Shown piece after piece: positions 25,265-34,647 of a stretch of DNA of 64,000 bases. The notes under the pieces are model-generated. The model did no database searches. It saw only the letters and a list, made by a program, of their open reading frames with translations, and was not told the origin of the DNA. Numbering within the stretch: position 1 is the first letter of the stretch; each line of letters begins with the position of its first letter. Source of the DNA: a virus; IMG/VR virus record IMGVR_UViG_3300045988_069864. One strand, given 5' to 3'. The position numbers were made by a program, and so were the translations under genes.

Positions 25265-27586
25265 ATGTACCTCGTAAAATATGGAACTGAGTGTCTGCAT
25301 GATGTTCGCACTGATAACTGTCAACTATTAAGCTTGACTCTGGACGGCGAATCAAATGCGTGTGATCACTGCGAATTTGAAATAGCTACCAATCATCCTA
25401 TGTATGACAAACTAAAGGAACGAGATCTTAGTTCTCCTGTATGCGTATATGATGGCGAGGAGATGATATTCTCTGGCTTTATCTATGAGATTGGCGAGGA
25501 ATTTAATCGAACCAAAACCATCAAATGTAAGGGCGAATTAGCATATCTTGGAGACACTGTCGTCAGACCATATTCTACACTTAAAGGCGAGTACGGAGAA
25601 ATCGTTCCGAATTATCTATCCGGATATTTCGAATGGCTTATCGATCAGCATAATCTTCAAGTCGATGTCTCTAAGCAGTTTGTTGTTGGTTATAACGAAG
25701 GCTCCATGCTGTATTCTGGACTGGTTTACAAATCGTCCGTTGAATATCCAACGACTTCTACTGAAATTAAAGAACAAATTTTGGACTCGTTTGGAGGTTA
25801 CCTTCGGATCAGAAGAGAAAATGGAATTCGGTACATCGATTTGCTTAGCGAGTATACAGATGTCAATGAGCAATTGATTGACTTTGGTGTTAACATTCTA
25901 GATTATGCCAAGACCGACGATTCCCTTGATGTTTATACGGCTATTGTTCCTCTTGGTGCGAATATGTCCGAAACAGATTACTATTATTCTGATGGATATT
26001 TTCTAACCAAAGATAAAACCCCCAGCTCGATCAAGACTTATTATTCTCAAAGTACTTATGAGCGATGCAGCGATATTGAGACTTTTGAGTCTGGTGTAAA
26101 ATATTTCGAGTTACTTACTAGAGATACTTATACACGGACTGCTGACACGACTCCGAGTACGTTTAAAACGTATTATACAAAAGGGAGTATGTCTGAACAG
26201 TCGAAATTGTTGTATTTTACATATGGCATTGAGTATTACGAAAAGAACGGGGACTCTTACTATAGAACCCCAGATTTAACGCCCAATTATCGCAAATCGT
26301 ATTATACGCAATCTTGGTCGAGTAATACTGGAGTAGCAGAATGGGAAGCAAATACCGTATATTACGAGCTATCGAGCTACCAGTGGTATAGTGAAACAAA
26401 AGACAGTAAACCTATTTACGGTAAAACGTATTATACTATGGCTGTGTACAGTACTTCTAAAACTGAAGAAGAAGGTCTTACTGCGTTTGCCAATGATAAA
26501 ACGTATTATGAGTTCGACGAATCACTAAATCAATCGGACAAACCGCTTACCCTATCGATGATTGCCGACTGGAAAGTAACGGATGATCTTTATCATACCG
26601 GCGACTATATATTTTCTAAGGAGAATGTTGCTGCTCATGGTTTGAGGGTTTTCTCCTCTAAAAATACCGACATTATTACCGTTGGTGATCTTCTTATGTG
26701 GGGAACAAAAGAGCTAAATTCGGTTCTTTCTCCGATTACAACAATCGAAATCAAGGCAATCGATTTGTCGTTGGTGGATAAAAATTATAAGGGGATTCGA
26801 GTTGGGCAATATGTTCGAGTTCGTAGTAAACCACATGGGTTTGACTCGTACATGCTTTGTGACAGTATCGATCTGGATTTAGTAAATCCGGAGAATACGA
26901 CATATACATTTGGTATGTCTTATGATACATTCACTGGCCAGCAAAGTAAGAAAATTAGTGCTCTGAATAGTACGATTAACAAAGAGTATCAAAATGCGGC
27001 CACTATAAGTCAGGAAGCTAAGAAAACAGCTCAAGATGCGCTAAACATATCCAAAGATGCTAATAACAACGCTAGTTCTGCTAAAGATACTGCCAGTTCT
27101 GCCGTAGTATCTGTAACTGAGCAATATGCTGTATCTGCTTCAAGGACTGAAGTTCCAACCGAAGGATGGTCTACAGAGACGCCGTCGGATACTGATAAAT
27201 ACGTTTGGCATCGAATAGTCACAACCTATGGAGACGGTTCGACTGTTGTTGGTGAACCAGCATTGCTTACTGGACCGAATGGTGAAAATGCGGTGCTTCT
27301 TCGAATCGATAGTAGTCGCGGAACTGTATTCAAGAACGACTCTATTTCAACGGTGTTAAGTGCTGTTATTTATAATGGTTCCAACCGAATTACTGGAATT
27401 GACGATCTACATTCCATTTTTGGTTCTGGGGCTTATTTGCAATGGTATTGGCAAAAAGTTGACGATGAAACATTTGGTGTCATTTCTTCTGGTGATAGCA
27501 TGATTAGTAATAACGGTTTTACTCTTACAATCGCCGCGAATCAAGTGGACACCAAAGTTACTTTTATGTGCGAACTTATAACTTAA
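25265..27586 (+). CDS. tail-associated protein (Tal / prophage-tail endopeptidase family N-terminus) with internal repeats and a C-terminal Ig-like domain
   Basis: 773 aa after Dit, with a Prophage_tail-like N-terminus. It has four repeats of about 40 aa ('TPxxxKTYY...YYE'). The C-terminal segment is similar to the next ORF. Confidence 0.7.
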   Translation: MYLVKYGTECLHDVRTDNCQLLSLTLDGESNACDHCEFEIATNHPMYDKLKERDLSSPVCVYDGEEMIFSGFIYEIGEEFNRTKTIKCKGELAYLGDTVVRPYSTLKGEYGEIVPNYLSGYFEWLIDQHNLQVDVSKQFVVGYNEGSMLYSGLVYKSSVEYPTTSTEIKEQILDSFGGYLRIRRENGIRYIDLLSEYTDVNEQLIDFGVNILDYAKTDDSLDVYTAIVPLGANMSETDYYYSDGYFLTKDKTPSSIKTYYSQSTYERCSDIETFESGVKYFELLTRDTYTRTADTTPSTFKTYYTKGSMSEQSKLLYFTYGIEYYEKNGDSYYRTPDLTPNYRKSYYTQSWSSNTGVAEWEANTVYYELSSYQWYSETKDSKPIYGKTYYTMAVYSTSKTEEEGLTAFANDKTYYEFDESLNQSDKPLTLSMIADWKVTDDLYHTGDYIFSKENVAAHGLRVFSSKNTDIITVGDLLMWGTKELNSVLSPITTIEIKAIDLSLVDKNYKGIRVGQYVRVRSKPHGFDSYMLCDSIDLDLVNPENTTYTFGMSYDTFTGQQSKKISALNSTINKEYQNAATISQEAKKTAQDALNISKDANNNASSAKDTASSAVVSVTEQYAVSASRTEVPTEGWSTETPSDTDKYVWHRIVTTYGDGSTVVGEPALLTGPNGENAVLLRIDSSRGTVFKNDSISTVLSAVIYNGSNRITGIDDLHSIFGSGAYLQWYWQKVDDETFGVISSGDSMISNNGFTLTIAANQVDTKVTFMCELIT
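25990..26520 (+). repeat. About 4 tandem divergent 40-aa repeats inside Tal
   Basis: 'DKTPSSIKTYYSQ..', 'DTTPSTFKTYYTK..', 'DLTPNYRKSYYTQ..', 'DSKPIYGKTYYTM..'. Confidence 0.7.
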
Positions 27587-27607
27587 TAGTAAAGGAGAAA
27601 ATTCAAA

Positions 27608-28297
27608 ATGGCAGTTAAAGCTTCTGATCAAATTTCAATTGTTGACGTAACCGATGCTTATTCAATTACTCTTACTTCCGAGGCTTACACTTTTGTCGGT
27701 AGTGCATCTGGTGTAGCCTCTGGTAATTCTTGTAGTACTCAGGTGGTTGCCTATTGTGGTACCAACCAATGTTCTAGTGTGACCGTGGATGCTAGTAAAA
27801 TTACCTGTCCTACAGGTATTTCCGCTTCGGTATCCAATAGCGGAAGTTCAGTTGTAACTATTTCTTTTACTACTACTGCCACTATTTCCAAAGCTTGTGA
27901 GGCGACCATTCCTGTATCTGTAGATGGTATCGCGATTAACAAGAAGTTCTCTTTTGCCGTCGCCATTGCAGGTCAAAAAGGTGAGAAAGGTAAAGATGGT
28001 ACCAACGGTAAAGATGGCACTAATGGTAAAAACGGAGCGGATGCTATTACTATGAGTATTAGTTCTAGTAACGGTACTGTCTTTAAAAACAGCTCCGGTT
28101 CTACTGTACTGACAGCTCATGTGTACAAAGGCGGTGCTGAACAAACTATTACGGATGCCGGTGTTTGCGGTTCTCTTGGTTCCGTTAAATGGTATAAAGG
28201 TACTTCGACCACTGCTTTCAAGACGTCTAAAACCATTACTGTTTCTGCTTCTGAAGTCGATAATGCTTTGGCATATACTTGTCAGCTGGAGGGATGA
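27608..28297 (+). CDS. collagen-like tail fibre protein
   Basis: 229 aa. A G-X-Y x8 run 'GQKGEKGKDGTNGKDGTNGKNGADA'. Shares the 'MAVKAS' N-terminus with the next ORF and an Ig-like segment with Tal. Confidence 0.65.
   Translation: MAVKASDQISIVDVTDAYSITLTSEAYTFVGSASGVASGNSCSTQVVAYCGTNQCSSVTVDASKITCPTGISASVSNSGSSVVTISFTTTATISKACEATIPVSVDGIAINKKFSFAVAIAGQKGEKGKDGTNGKDGTNGKNGADAITMSISSSNGTVFKNSSGSTVLTAHVYKGGAEQTITDAGVCGSLGSVKWYKGTSTTAFKTSKTITVSASEVDNALAYTCQLEG
27971..28045 (+). repeat. collagen-like G-X-Y repeat
   Basis: 25 codons of Gly-X-Y. Confidence 0.9.
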
Positions 28298-28300
28298 TGT

Positions 28301-29938
28301 ATGGCGGTAAAAGCTAGTGCATCAATTACTTTGAGTTTTATGGTGGATGTCTACGCTAGTTATCGCTATTACAAATTGCAGGCATCTACCGCATCTGCTC
28401 CTAATGCGCCTACAGTATTTCCTCCAAGTACTTCCAGTGGTTGGGACGATACAGAGCCAAGCTATACAAGTGGAAGTACCAATACGTTATACTTCGTTGA
28501 CTGTACCGTATTTACTGACGATAGCTTTGCGTATTCCAAAGTATCCATATCTAGCAGCTATGAAGCAGCTAAGGAGGCATGGAATAAAGCTAATAACGCC
28601 CAGAAGACAGCTGACGATGCTAAGGACAAAGCAAATGATGCAAATGTCAAGATTGATAATCTGGAAGTCGGCGGAAGGAATCTGCTTGTTAATGGAACGC
28701 TAGTTAACGGTTACCCATCTGCTAGTACTGGACAAATGGCATCAACAAGTGCTAATTTCAGAACGTCTGATTTTATTCCTTTAAAAACTGGAGAAACGTA
28801 TACGATAAGTTGGAGAAGAAACAGTAAAATAATTCGCCAATGGCTCGGTGTGTTTTACTATAAGTCAGACAAGACATTTATTAGTTGCGAAGATTTACAA
28901 CGAACTGGCGATCCAGTCATTCTAACAAAAGTGGCTCCTACTGAATGCGCTTATTTAAGAATCTATTGGCAATACTCGGTTGATGATAAAGTCAAAGTCG
29001 AAAAAGGCAACAAAGCTACCGACTGGACTCCTGCACCAGAAGATGTTGACAATGCTATTGACGATGCTGCCAAAACTGCAACCAATTATATGGAATTCAC
29101 CGAAGGAACTGGTTTGGTAGTTGGTGACATGACATCTGATACATTAGGGAAGAACTCTTTGATCGACTCCGATGGAATGGCTATTCGAGATGGCACTACA
29201 GAAATAGCTAGATTTTGTGCTAATAAGATTGAACTTGGTAAAAATAACGATTCATCTAAAACTAGCATAAGTCTGCTAAATGGATATGGAAACATAGATA
29301 CTACAACTGTTAATATAACCGACGTAGGAGAATACAAGTATTTGGATATATATGCAGAGAAAATTAGCATGGCATCCCAAACCGCAGCAAATAACATAGA
29401 TGGTTATATCCCAAGTATTATTATTACTCCAGATATTGCATCACTAAGATCCAGAGGCGCTTATGTTAGTGCTAATGCTGATGGGTCGGTATCTATACAT
29501 TCGGGCCTTAATAATGTATCTATTGAAGCAGGGTCTGTTAATTTCAAAACCGGTAATACTTCCTTGACCAAAAACTCGAATTATCGTATTTATGGTGGTC
29601 GCGTACTTTATAGTAATTCCAGCGGATCAACCGGAACCATTACTTTAAATGAAACAGCTAATAACTTTTCCATGATTGAAATATTTTACGGAAAAGACGG
29701 TCAAGGATATGACTCTACTAAAATATTTCTTCCGAATGGAAAAACGGCATCTCTTACCGTCACGAATATGTATAGTACTACTGGGATTCAGACGGCAACC
29801 AAACTTGTGACTATTTCCGGAACATCAGTTACCCCCAATACATCAAGATGCGGTTATGTTAACTTGGATGGTTCTAGTTTTTCAAAGACAGGCGCAGAAA
29901 ATACGATAAAAATACGCTATGTTGTCGGATACAAATAA
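28301..29938 (+). CDS. tail fibre / receptor-binding protein 1
   Basis: 545 aa. 'MAVKAS' N-terminus and a coiled-coil 'AKEAWNKANNAQKTADDAKDKANDA'. The C-terminal roughly 90 aa are homologous to the C-terminus of ORF 30259-31125. Confidence 0.6.
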   Translation: MAVKASASITLSFMVDVYASYRYYKLQASTASAPNAPTVFPPSTSSGWDDTEPSYTSGSTNTLYFVDCTVFTDDSFAYSKVSISSSYEAAKEAWNKANNAQKTADDAKDKANDANVKIDNLEVGGRNLLVNGTLVNGYPSASTGQMASTSANFRTSDFIPLKTGETYTISWRRNSKIIRQWLGVFYYKSDKTFISCEDLQRTGDPVILTKVAPTECAYLRIYWQYSVDDKVKVEKGNKATDWTPAPEDVDNAIDDAAKTATNYMEFTEGTGLVVGDMTSDTLGKNSLIDSDGMAIRDGTTEIARFCANKIELGKNNDSSKTSISLLNGYGNIDTTTVNITDVGEYKYLDIYAEKISMASQTAANNIDGYIPSIIITPDIASLRSRGAYVSANADGSVSIHSGLNNVSIEAGSVNFKTGNTSLTKNSNYRIYGGRVLYSNSSGSTGTITLNETANNFSMIEIFYGKDGQGYDSTKIFLPNGKTASLTVTNMYSTTGIQTATKLVTISGTSVTPNTSRCGYVNLDGSSFSKTGAENTIKIRYVVGYK

Positions 29939-29954
29939 AAAAGGAGTAATGAAT

Positions 29955-30242
29955 ATGGCCCTGTATAAAGAAATTGATCTTGATAATGGAGTAACTGTTA
30001 GGTATCACCGAGTAGTATCTGTCAATACGATCACTAATGTTCAGAACATCATCGAAGTGGCAAGCTATACCAGCAAAGAAAAACGCGATGAAGAGAAAAA
30101 ATCGATTGAGACTGGGGGCGATTCCAATGTCTTCATTGAAACGACATTTGTAAATGCCGATTATAATCAAAGTATGACCATTATCGATGCGTATGATTAT
30201 TTGAAAGCGCTTCCCGAGTATGAGGGAGCAATTGAGGTGTGA
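29955..30242 (+). CDS. hypothetical protein between the two fibre genes
   Basis: 95 aa. SD AAAGGAG then ATG 29955. Confidence 0.5.
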   Translation: MALYKEIDLDNGVTVRYHRVVSVNTITNVQNIIEVASYTSKEKRDEEKKSIETGGDSNVFIETTFVNADYNQSMTIIDAYDYLKALPEYEGAIEV

Positions 30243-30258
30243 ACCAAAGGAGTTTATT

Positions 30259-31125
30259 ATGGTAGTTAAAAAGGGAACCTTGAGTGTAAGTTTGTATGAG
30301 GGCGCTCCCTCCACAATCTATACCGTTTGGGAATTCATCGAAGATGTTGAAAATTTGATTGTAATGCGTAATGAAGCATTTCCGTCCGAACAGGCAAAAG
30401 CTTATGCCGGAATTGACGTATCTGAGATTGCGTCGATCTTTGATTCTGCTCAGTATCCCGATCCCATTTGTACATGGGATGTCGAATTGACTCCGGTATC
30501 TGAAGAATCCGAGTCGGTTGACGTCAATCTTATTCCCAATGCTTCTGTTGATTGCAACCTCGTTGATACAAGCGGAAAACTCTATAACATGTTCTCCAGA
30601 GATTCTGATGAAACTAGAAACTTCCCTATTAGAATTAATGGTTGGCTTGAAACCATGGTTTATTCTAGTGATACAAACTACAGAACTCAACGCTATACTA
30701 CCTACAAAGGCGTCGTATATGAACGAAATATGATCGATGGCGTGTGGACTGCTTGGGCTAGACAGATGCGACAGTATGTTCTGTTTAACAATGATTCGGC
30801 TAGCCTTAGCGGTTCTGTCACTTTGTCCGAAAGTGCAGCAAATTTCGATAAGCTTACCATCATGTACCGCTCCAATGATAACTATTTTGCCAGTATTGAT
30901 GTGTGGAATCCGAATGGGAAATATGCAGTTCTTACGTCTTCCAGTTATACAAGTGTTTCTAACGTTATCCTGAAGAGTAAGACTATTTATATTTCTGGAA
31001 CCAGTATCACTACTCATCATAATAGCTCTAATTTCTATTATACAGGAGAAGCAGCTGTTAATGGGAATCAGCCGACTACTCATAAAGATTCGGTATGTGT
31101 GACTCAGGTAATCGGTTGGAAGTAA
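30259..31125 (+). CDS. tail fibre / receptor-binding protein 2
   Basis: 288 aa. The C-terminus 'LTIMYRSNDNYFASIDVWNPNGKYAVLT...ISGTSIT...VIGWK' parallels 'IEIFYGKDGQGYDSTKIFLPNGKTASLT...ISGTSVT...VVGYK' of RBP1. Confidence 0.55.
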   Translation: MVVKKGTLSVSLYEGAPSTIYTVWEFIEDVENLIVMRNEAFPSEQAKAYAGIDVSEIASIFDSAQYPDPICTWDVELTPVSEESESVDVNLIPNASVDCNLVDTSGKLYNMFSRDSDETRNFPIRINGWLETMVYSSDTNYRTQRYTTYKGVVYERNMIDGVWTAWARQMRQYVLFNNDSASLSGSVTLSESAANFDKLTIMYRSNDNYFASIDVWNPNGKYAVLTSSSYTSVSNVILKSKTIYISGTSITTHHNSSNFYYTGEAAVNGNQPTTHKDSVCVTQVIGWK

Positions 31126-31187
31126 TTTAATATTACTTATAAATCATGTCCTGCGATATATAGCTATGGACATAGTAAGGAGGCGTA

Positions 31188-31502
31188 ATGATGAGACTTC
31201 TACAGTTTATGGTTGATAACCAGAAATTAACTAGAAATGGAGATTTCTCTCATATTATTCGAGGTACAAAGGGCTACTTGAGATGCTTCTTCGAGTTCCA
31301 TGGTAACGAATGGACAAATTGCAATATTGTAGCTATTTTTGAAAAAGGCTCTGAAGAATTTTATGAAAGGGTATCTAAAAATGGAATGTGCAAAGTTCCA
31401 GACGAGGTAACTGATAATGCAAGTTTTCGAGTTAAACTCGTAGGGGCAAGAAACAACATTAGACTTGTAACGAATAAAATTCTCATAAGTCAGGAGGGAT
31501 GA
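31188..31502 (+). CDS. hypothetical tail-module protein
   Basis: 104 aa. SD AAGGAGG. Confidence 0.5.
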   Translation: MMRLLQFMVDNQKLTRNGDFSHIIRGTKGYLRCFFEFHGNEWTNCNIVAIFEKGSEEFYERVSKNGMCKVPDEVTDNASFRVKLVGARNNIRLVTNKILISQEG

Positions 31503-31503
31503 T

Positions 31504-33762
31504 ATGGCGAATCTTGAGGAATTACTTACTACCTCCACAAACACAGACGATAACAACATAGATTATTACAATGATGAGATCCAGTTTGATATTGATAATG
31601 ATCTAAGAGCAATTTCCTATTCGAGTAAAGGTGCCGTTATTGGTGTAGTTGGAGATAAGAATGTAAATCGCATTAATTTTCGAATGCCAAGATACTATAA
31701 CGGCTTTGATATGTCTGAATTTTCAATCAGAGTCAACTATGTAAATGCCAATGGTGATCCCAACTATTATGATGTTAATGATGGAATTGTTGAAGAAGAT
31801 AAAATTAAATTTACCTGGTTAGTAGATTCAGATGTTACTGCATATATTGGCGATGTGAATTTCGCAATCGAGTTGTATAAATTAATCGATACCGATACTA
31901 TCACCCAGTCGTTCAATACGACAACAACATCATGTAAAGTTCTTAAGGGTTTAAATGCTAATTCTTATATAACTCCAGAACAAATTCAGGATCTCATTGC
32001 GCATTTGCAATCGGATCTTGACGCGTATAGTGACATCAAGAAAAAAGAGATATCCAATTCTAGCATGCAGACAGTTACGACTGGCGGACGCCGTATACGT
32101 CCTATTATTAGTTTTATTGATGACGACTGTCGTGACACTGTATACACCACGTTGTATCCGCTTATTAAGGAACTAAATATTCCGTATGCATTGGCTTGTC
32201 CAGCGCAGCAGATTGACACAAATGGGTATCTCACATCATCACAAATCAAAGAAATGATGAATGATGGAGTTGAGATTTCTTGTCATTTTGCTAAACAAGA
32301 ATCGATGGGGTCTTTTACCACAGTCGACGATCTGACCAAAAACTTGGATGCTTGTATGACGGTATATCGTTCTCTTGGTGCACAAGTAAATTCGATTGCT
32401 TATCCAAATGGCATATATGTATCCGATTATTTAAATACCATTAGGAAATATTTCAAACTTGGAATGACTGTTACTCGTGGTATAAATAAAATTCCATATT
32501 CTAGTTCAGTGATGATGCGTGTGGAAGTATTTCCGAGAGCGAATACGAGTGGTACATATCCATATTCTTTTAGCGATGTGAAAAAATATGTAGATATGGT
32601 AAATGCTAACGGCGGTTGGTTGATCTTGATGACACACTGTTGGTATACCAGTTTCGATGCTGATAAGTTAAACGAATTGGTACAGTATATCCAGAGTAAT
32701 GGTATTGATATTGTTGGTATAAATGAAGCCATGGAACTGACCGAAAACCCGGTTGATTGCGGTAGCTCTACTGAAACTTCAAAATACAATGCAGATGCCT
32801 ACACAATTATAGATGCGAATGGTGAATTGTGGACAAACGCATTTCATGACATGGGTACTGGATACGGTGTGGAGAATATCGAAATCGAGTTTAGTCCAGG
32901 GAGTGAATCGAAACCTGGATGCATGCTAGATGGGACTACTGGAAAGAAAACCACCACAAGTGACCCCTCGTATAAAATTACGCAGGAGATCGATTGCAGT
33001 GGTTATGGCGCGGTAATCGTATCTGGCTGGGCTTGTGATGGTTATAACATCTATTCGTTCTTTGACGAAAATAGAGCATATATTAGCGGCTATAGTAGTA
33101 CTGGAACTTACAATGAGGCTCAAACGCTGAGCGAGTATATCGTGGAGATCCCGTCTAATGCCAAGTACGTACGAATTGCTGGTTATCTTTATAAGCAGTT
33201 GCCAAAAGCTACTCTGATAAGTAAAGATCGTTATGTCGTATATAATACCAATGTTACACCTGCTTGGAATAGCGGATATAAACTAAGTACAAATGGTAAG
33301 TTACTTAACAAAAAAGAAAGTTCTTTCCGTGTAAGTGTGGATGTGGCAGCGGAAGAAGGCGACATCTTTGAAATCTCAGCTAGTTCGAATTACAACAATG
33401 CTTTGTATGTTGTTTACGATGCAAATAATAATGTCGTAACTTATTTAGCAGACACTACCAATACGGTTGCAGGTACTACAATTACAGATTATCGTGTTGT
33501 GATGCCGGCAGATACAGCTAAGTTCAAAGTAGCCACAAATATCACGGTACAGCCAAATGGATTTTCTGTAAAACATCTTGGTTCAATTAATGCTAGTAAA
33601 TATGATGTAACTTTAACTCGACGCGATCAAGCTCCTGATTCCCAGGTAGTTGGGGAGAAATTGAATAAAAATTCCAACGATATTACAGCTTTGCAAACAA
33701 TAATCGCATCACTCGAACAACGTATCACTAAACTCGAAAATCCTTCAGATACTGGTACCTAA
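31504..33762 (+). CDS. tail fibre/spike-like protein with a polysaccharide deacetylase (CE4/NodB-like) domain
   Basis: 752 aa. 'RPIISFIDDDCRD...EISCH...AYPNG' fits the NodB-homology motif order (DD, H, YPxG). It also has beta-rich C-terminal domains and a terminal coiled coil. Confidence 0.55.
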   Translation: MANLEELLTTSTNTDDNNIDYYNDEIQFDIDNDLRAISYSSKGAVIGVVGDKNVNRINFRMPRYYNGFDMSEFSIRVNYVNANGDPNYYDVNDGIVEEDKIKFTWLVDSDVTAYIGDVNFAIELYKLIDTDTITQSFNTTTTSCKVLKGLNANSYITPEQIQDLIAHLQSDLDAYSDIKKKEISNSSMQTVTTGGRRIRPIISFIDDDCRDTVYTTLYPLIKELNIPYALACPAQQIDTNGYLTSSQIKEMMNDGVEISCHFAKQESMGSFTTVDDLTKNLDACMTVYRSLGAQVNSIAYPNGIYVSDYLNTIRKYFKLGMTVTRGINKIPYSSSVMMRVEVFPRANTSGTYPYSFSDVKKYVDMVNANGGWLILMTHCWYTSFDADKLNELVQYIQSNGIDIVGINEAMELTENPVDCGSSTETSKYNADAYTIIDANGELWTNAFHDMGTGYGVENIEIEFSPGSESKPGCMLDGTTGKKTTTSDPSYKITQEIDCSGYGAVIVSGWACDGYNIYSFFDENRAYISGYSSTGTYNEAQTLSEYIVEIPSNAKYVRIAGYLYKQLPKATLISKDRYVVYNTNVTPAWNSGYKLSTNGKLLNKKESSFRVSVDVAAEEGDIFEISASSNYNNALYVVYDANNNVVTYLADTTNTVAGTTITDYRVVMPADTAKFKVATNITVQPNGFSVKHLGSINASKYDVTLTRRDQAPDSQVVGEKLNKNSNDITALQTIIASLEQRITKLENPSDTGT

Positions 33763-33811
33763 GCTCGGTTCACGGATATTAAAGTTTCAAAAAAATAAGG
33801 AGGTAACATTT

Positions 33812-34072
33812 ATGGACTTCACTGTGTTTGAAAACTATTTCGTTCTTTCGGTTGTACTGGCCTGCCTTATTGTGGGCTACATTATCAAAAAATGGATTAA
33901 GGATGTAGATAATAAGTACATTCCCACCATTGTCACCGTTGTTGGTATGCTGCTGAATCTGGCAGTAAGCGGCGTTTCCATTGAATCCGCTATTTTTGGC
34001 GCATTTATGGGTCTCGCTTCCACTGGTCTGCATCAGGCATTCAAACAGTATATTGAGAAAGATAAAGAATGA
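33812..34072 (+). CDS. holin
   Basis: 86 aa with 2-3 TM segments and a charged C-terminus 'KQYIEKDKE'. It is the last gene of the late operon and is followed by a terminator. Confidence 0.7.
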   Translation: MDFTVFENYFVLSVVLACLIVGYIIKKWIKDVDNKYIPTIVTVVGMLLNLAVSGVSIESAIFGAFMGLASTGLHQAFKQYIEKDKE

Positions 34073-34076
34073 AAAC

Positions 34077-34120
34077 AAGGAGGGGCAGTCCGTGTGGGCT
34101 ACTCCTCCTTTTATTTTTTA
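34077..34120 (+). terminator. intrinsic terminator after the holin
   Basis: AAGGAGG...CCTCCTT stem followed by TTATTTTTTATTT. Confidence 0.7.
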
Positions 34121-34125
34121 TTTAC

Positions 34126-34153
34126 TTCGCGTAAAATGCACCTCTTTTTATGA
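34126..34153 (+). promoter_or_regulatory. Bipartite promoter-like motif copy (TTCGCG-N16-TTATGA)
   Basis: TTCGCG TAAAATGCACCTCTTT TTATGA, directly abutting the SD AAGGAGG. Confidence 0.55.
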
Positions 34154-34168
34154 AAGGAGGCAATAAAT

Positions 34169-34459
34169 ATGTTGCTAAAAACAGTTGCATTCAATGCGGA
34201 ATGCGCTAATTGGACGGACGATATAAAAATCAATGTTGCATTTTTGAAGAATGCTGAACATCATCTGAATACAATTATTCAATACAGAGGATACGTATAT
34301 CTAAATCAGATATATGAACACTTAGGTATCAAGTGGAATCCAGAAGATGAAAACATATGTATCAAAAATGACAACACGGATCAAAATGCGTTCATCGAAT
34401 TTAAGGTGTTTCCAAATTTGAAAAATTCGTTTTTAATTAACATTTATTCCCGCGAATAA
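34169..34459 (+). CDS. moron-position protein related to the C-terminal domain of the three 2-TM paralogs
   Basis: 96 aa. 'RGYVYLNQIYEHLGIKWNPEDE' parallels 'RDYAYLNEWYEELDLD', 'NMYQSLNDFYDLLGVEY' and 'KGYLFLNDVYEMLGIPK'. Confidence 0.6.
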   Translation: MLLKTVAFNAECANWTDDIKINVAFLKNAEHHLNTIIQYRGYVYLNQIYEHLGIKWNPEDENICIKNDNTDQNAFIEFKVFPNLKNSFLINIYSRE

Positions 34460-34465
34460 GAAAAA

Positions 34466-34500
34466 GAGGCTCTGCCACTATGACAGGGCCTTTTATTTTT
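34466..34500 (+). terminator. intrinsic terminator after the moron gene
   Basis: GGCTCTG...CAGGGCC stem followed by TTTTATTTTT. Confidence 0.6.
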
Positions 34501-34602
34501 GCTCGTGTTATTGACCTGAATAAATAAAACTTTTAGAATAATAAGAGAGACGGATGCCATTGCATATTAAGTACATCTACTTTGGAGAAGATTCTCTTAA
34601 TA

Positions 34603-34637
34603 CGCAAAAGAACCCAAGCCAGTGATAGCAAGGGTTC
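34603..34637 (-). terminator. intrinsic terminator after the integrase (minus strand)
   Basis: On the minus strand, GAACCC..GGGTTC stem followed by TTTTGCG. Confidence 0.5.
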
Positions 34638-34647
34638 CACGTATATT

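Noticed and set aside
25265-31125. Possible diversity-generating retroelement acting on the fibre genes
   Set aside because: There is no reverse transcriptase ORF anywhere in the window and no template/variable repeat pair with adenine-specific differences. The similarities are ordinary domain duplications.
31148-31181. Possible extra copy of the bipartite motif in the tail module (CCTGCG-N16-ATAGTA)
   Set aside because: Only the spacing and a CG core match. Both hexamers deviate strongly from the consensus, so I counted it as chance.
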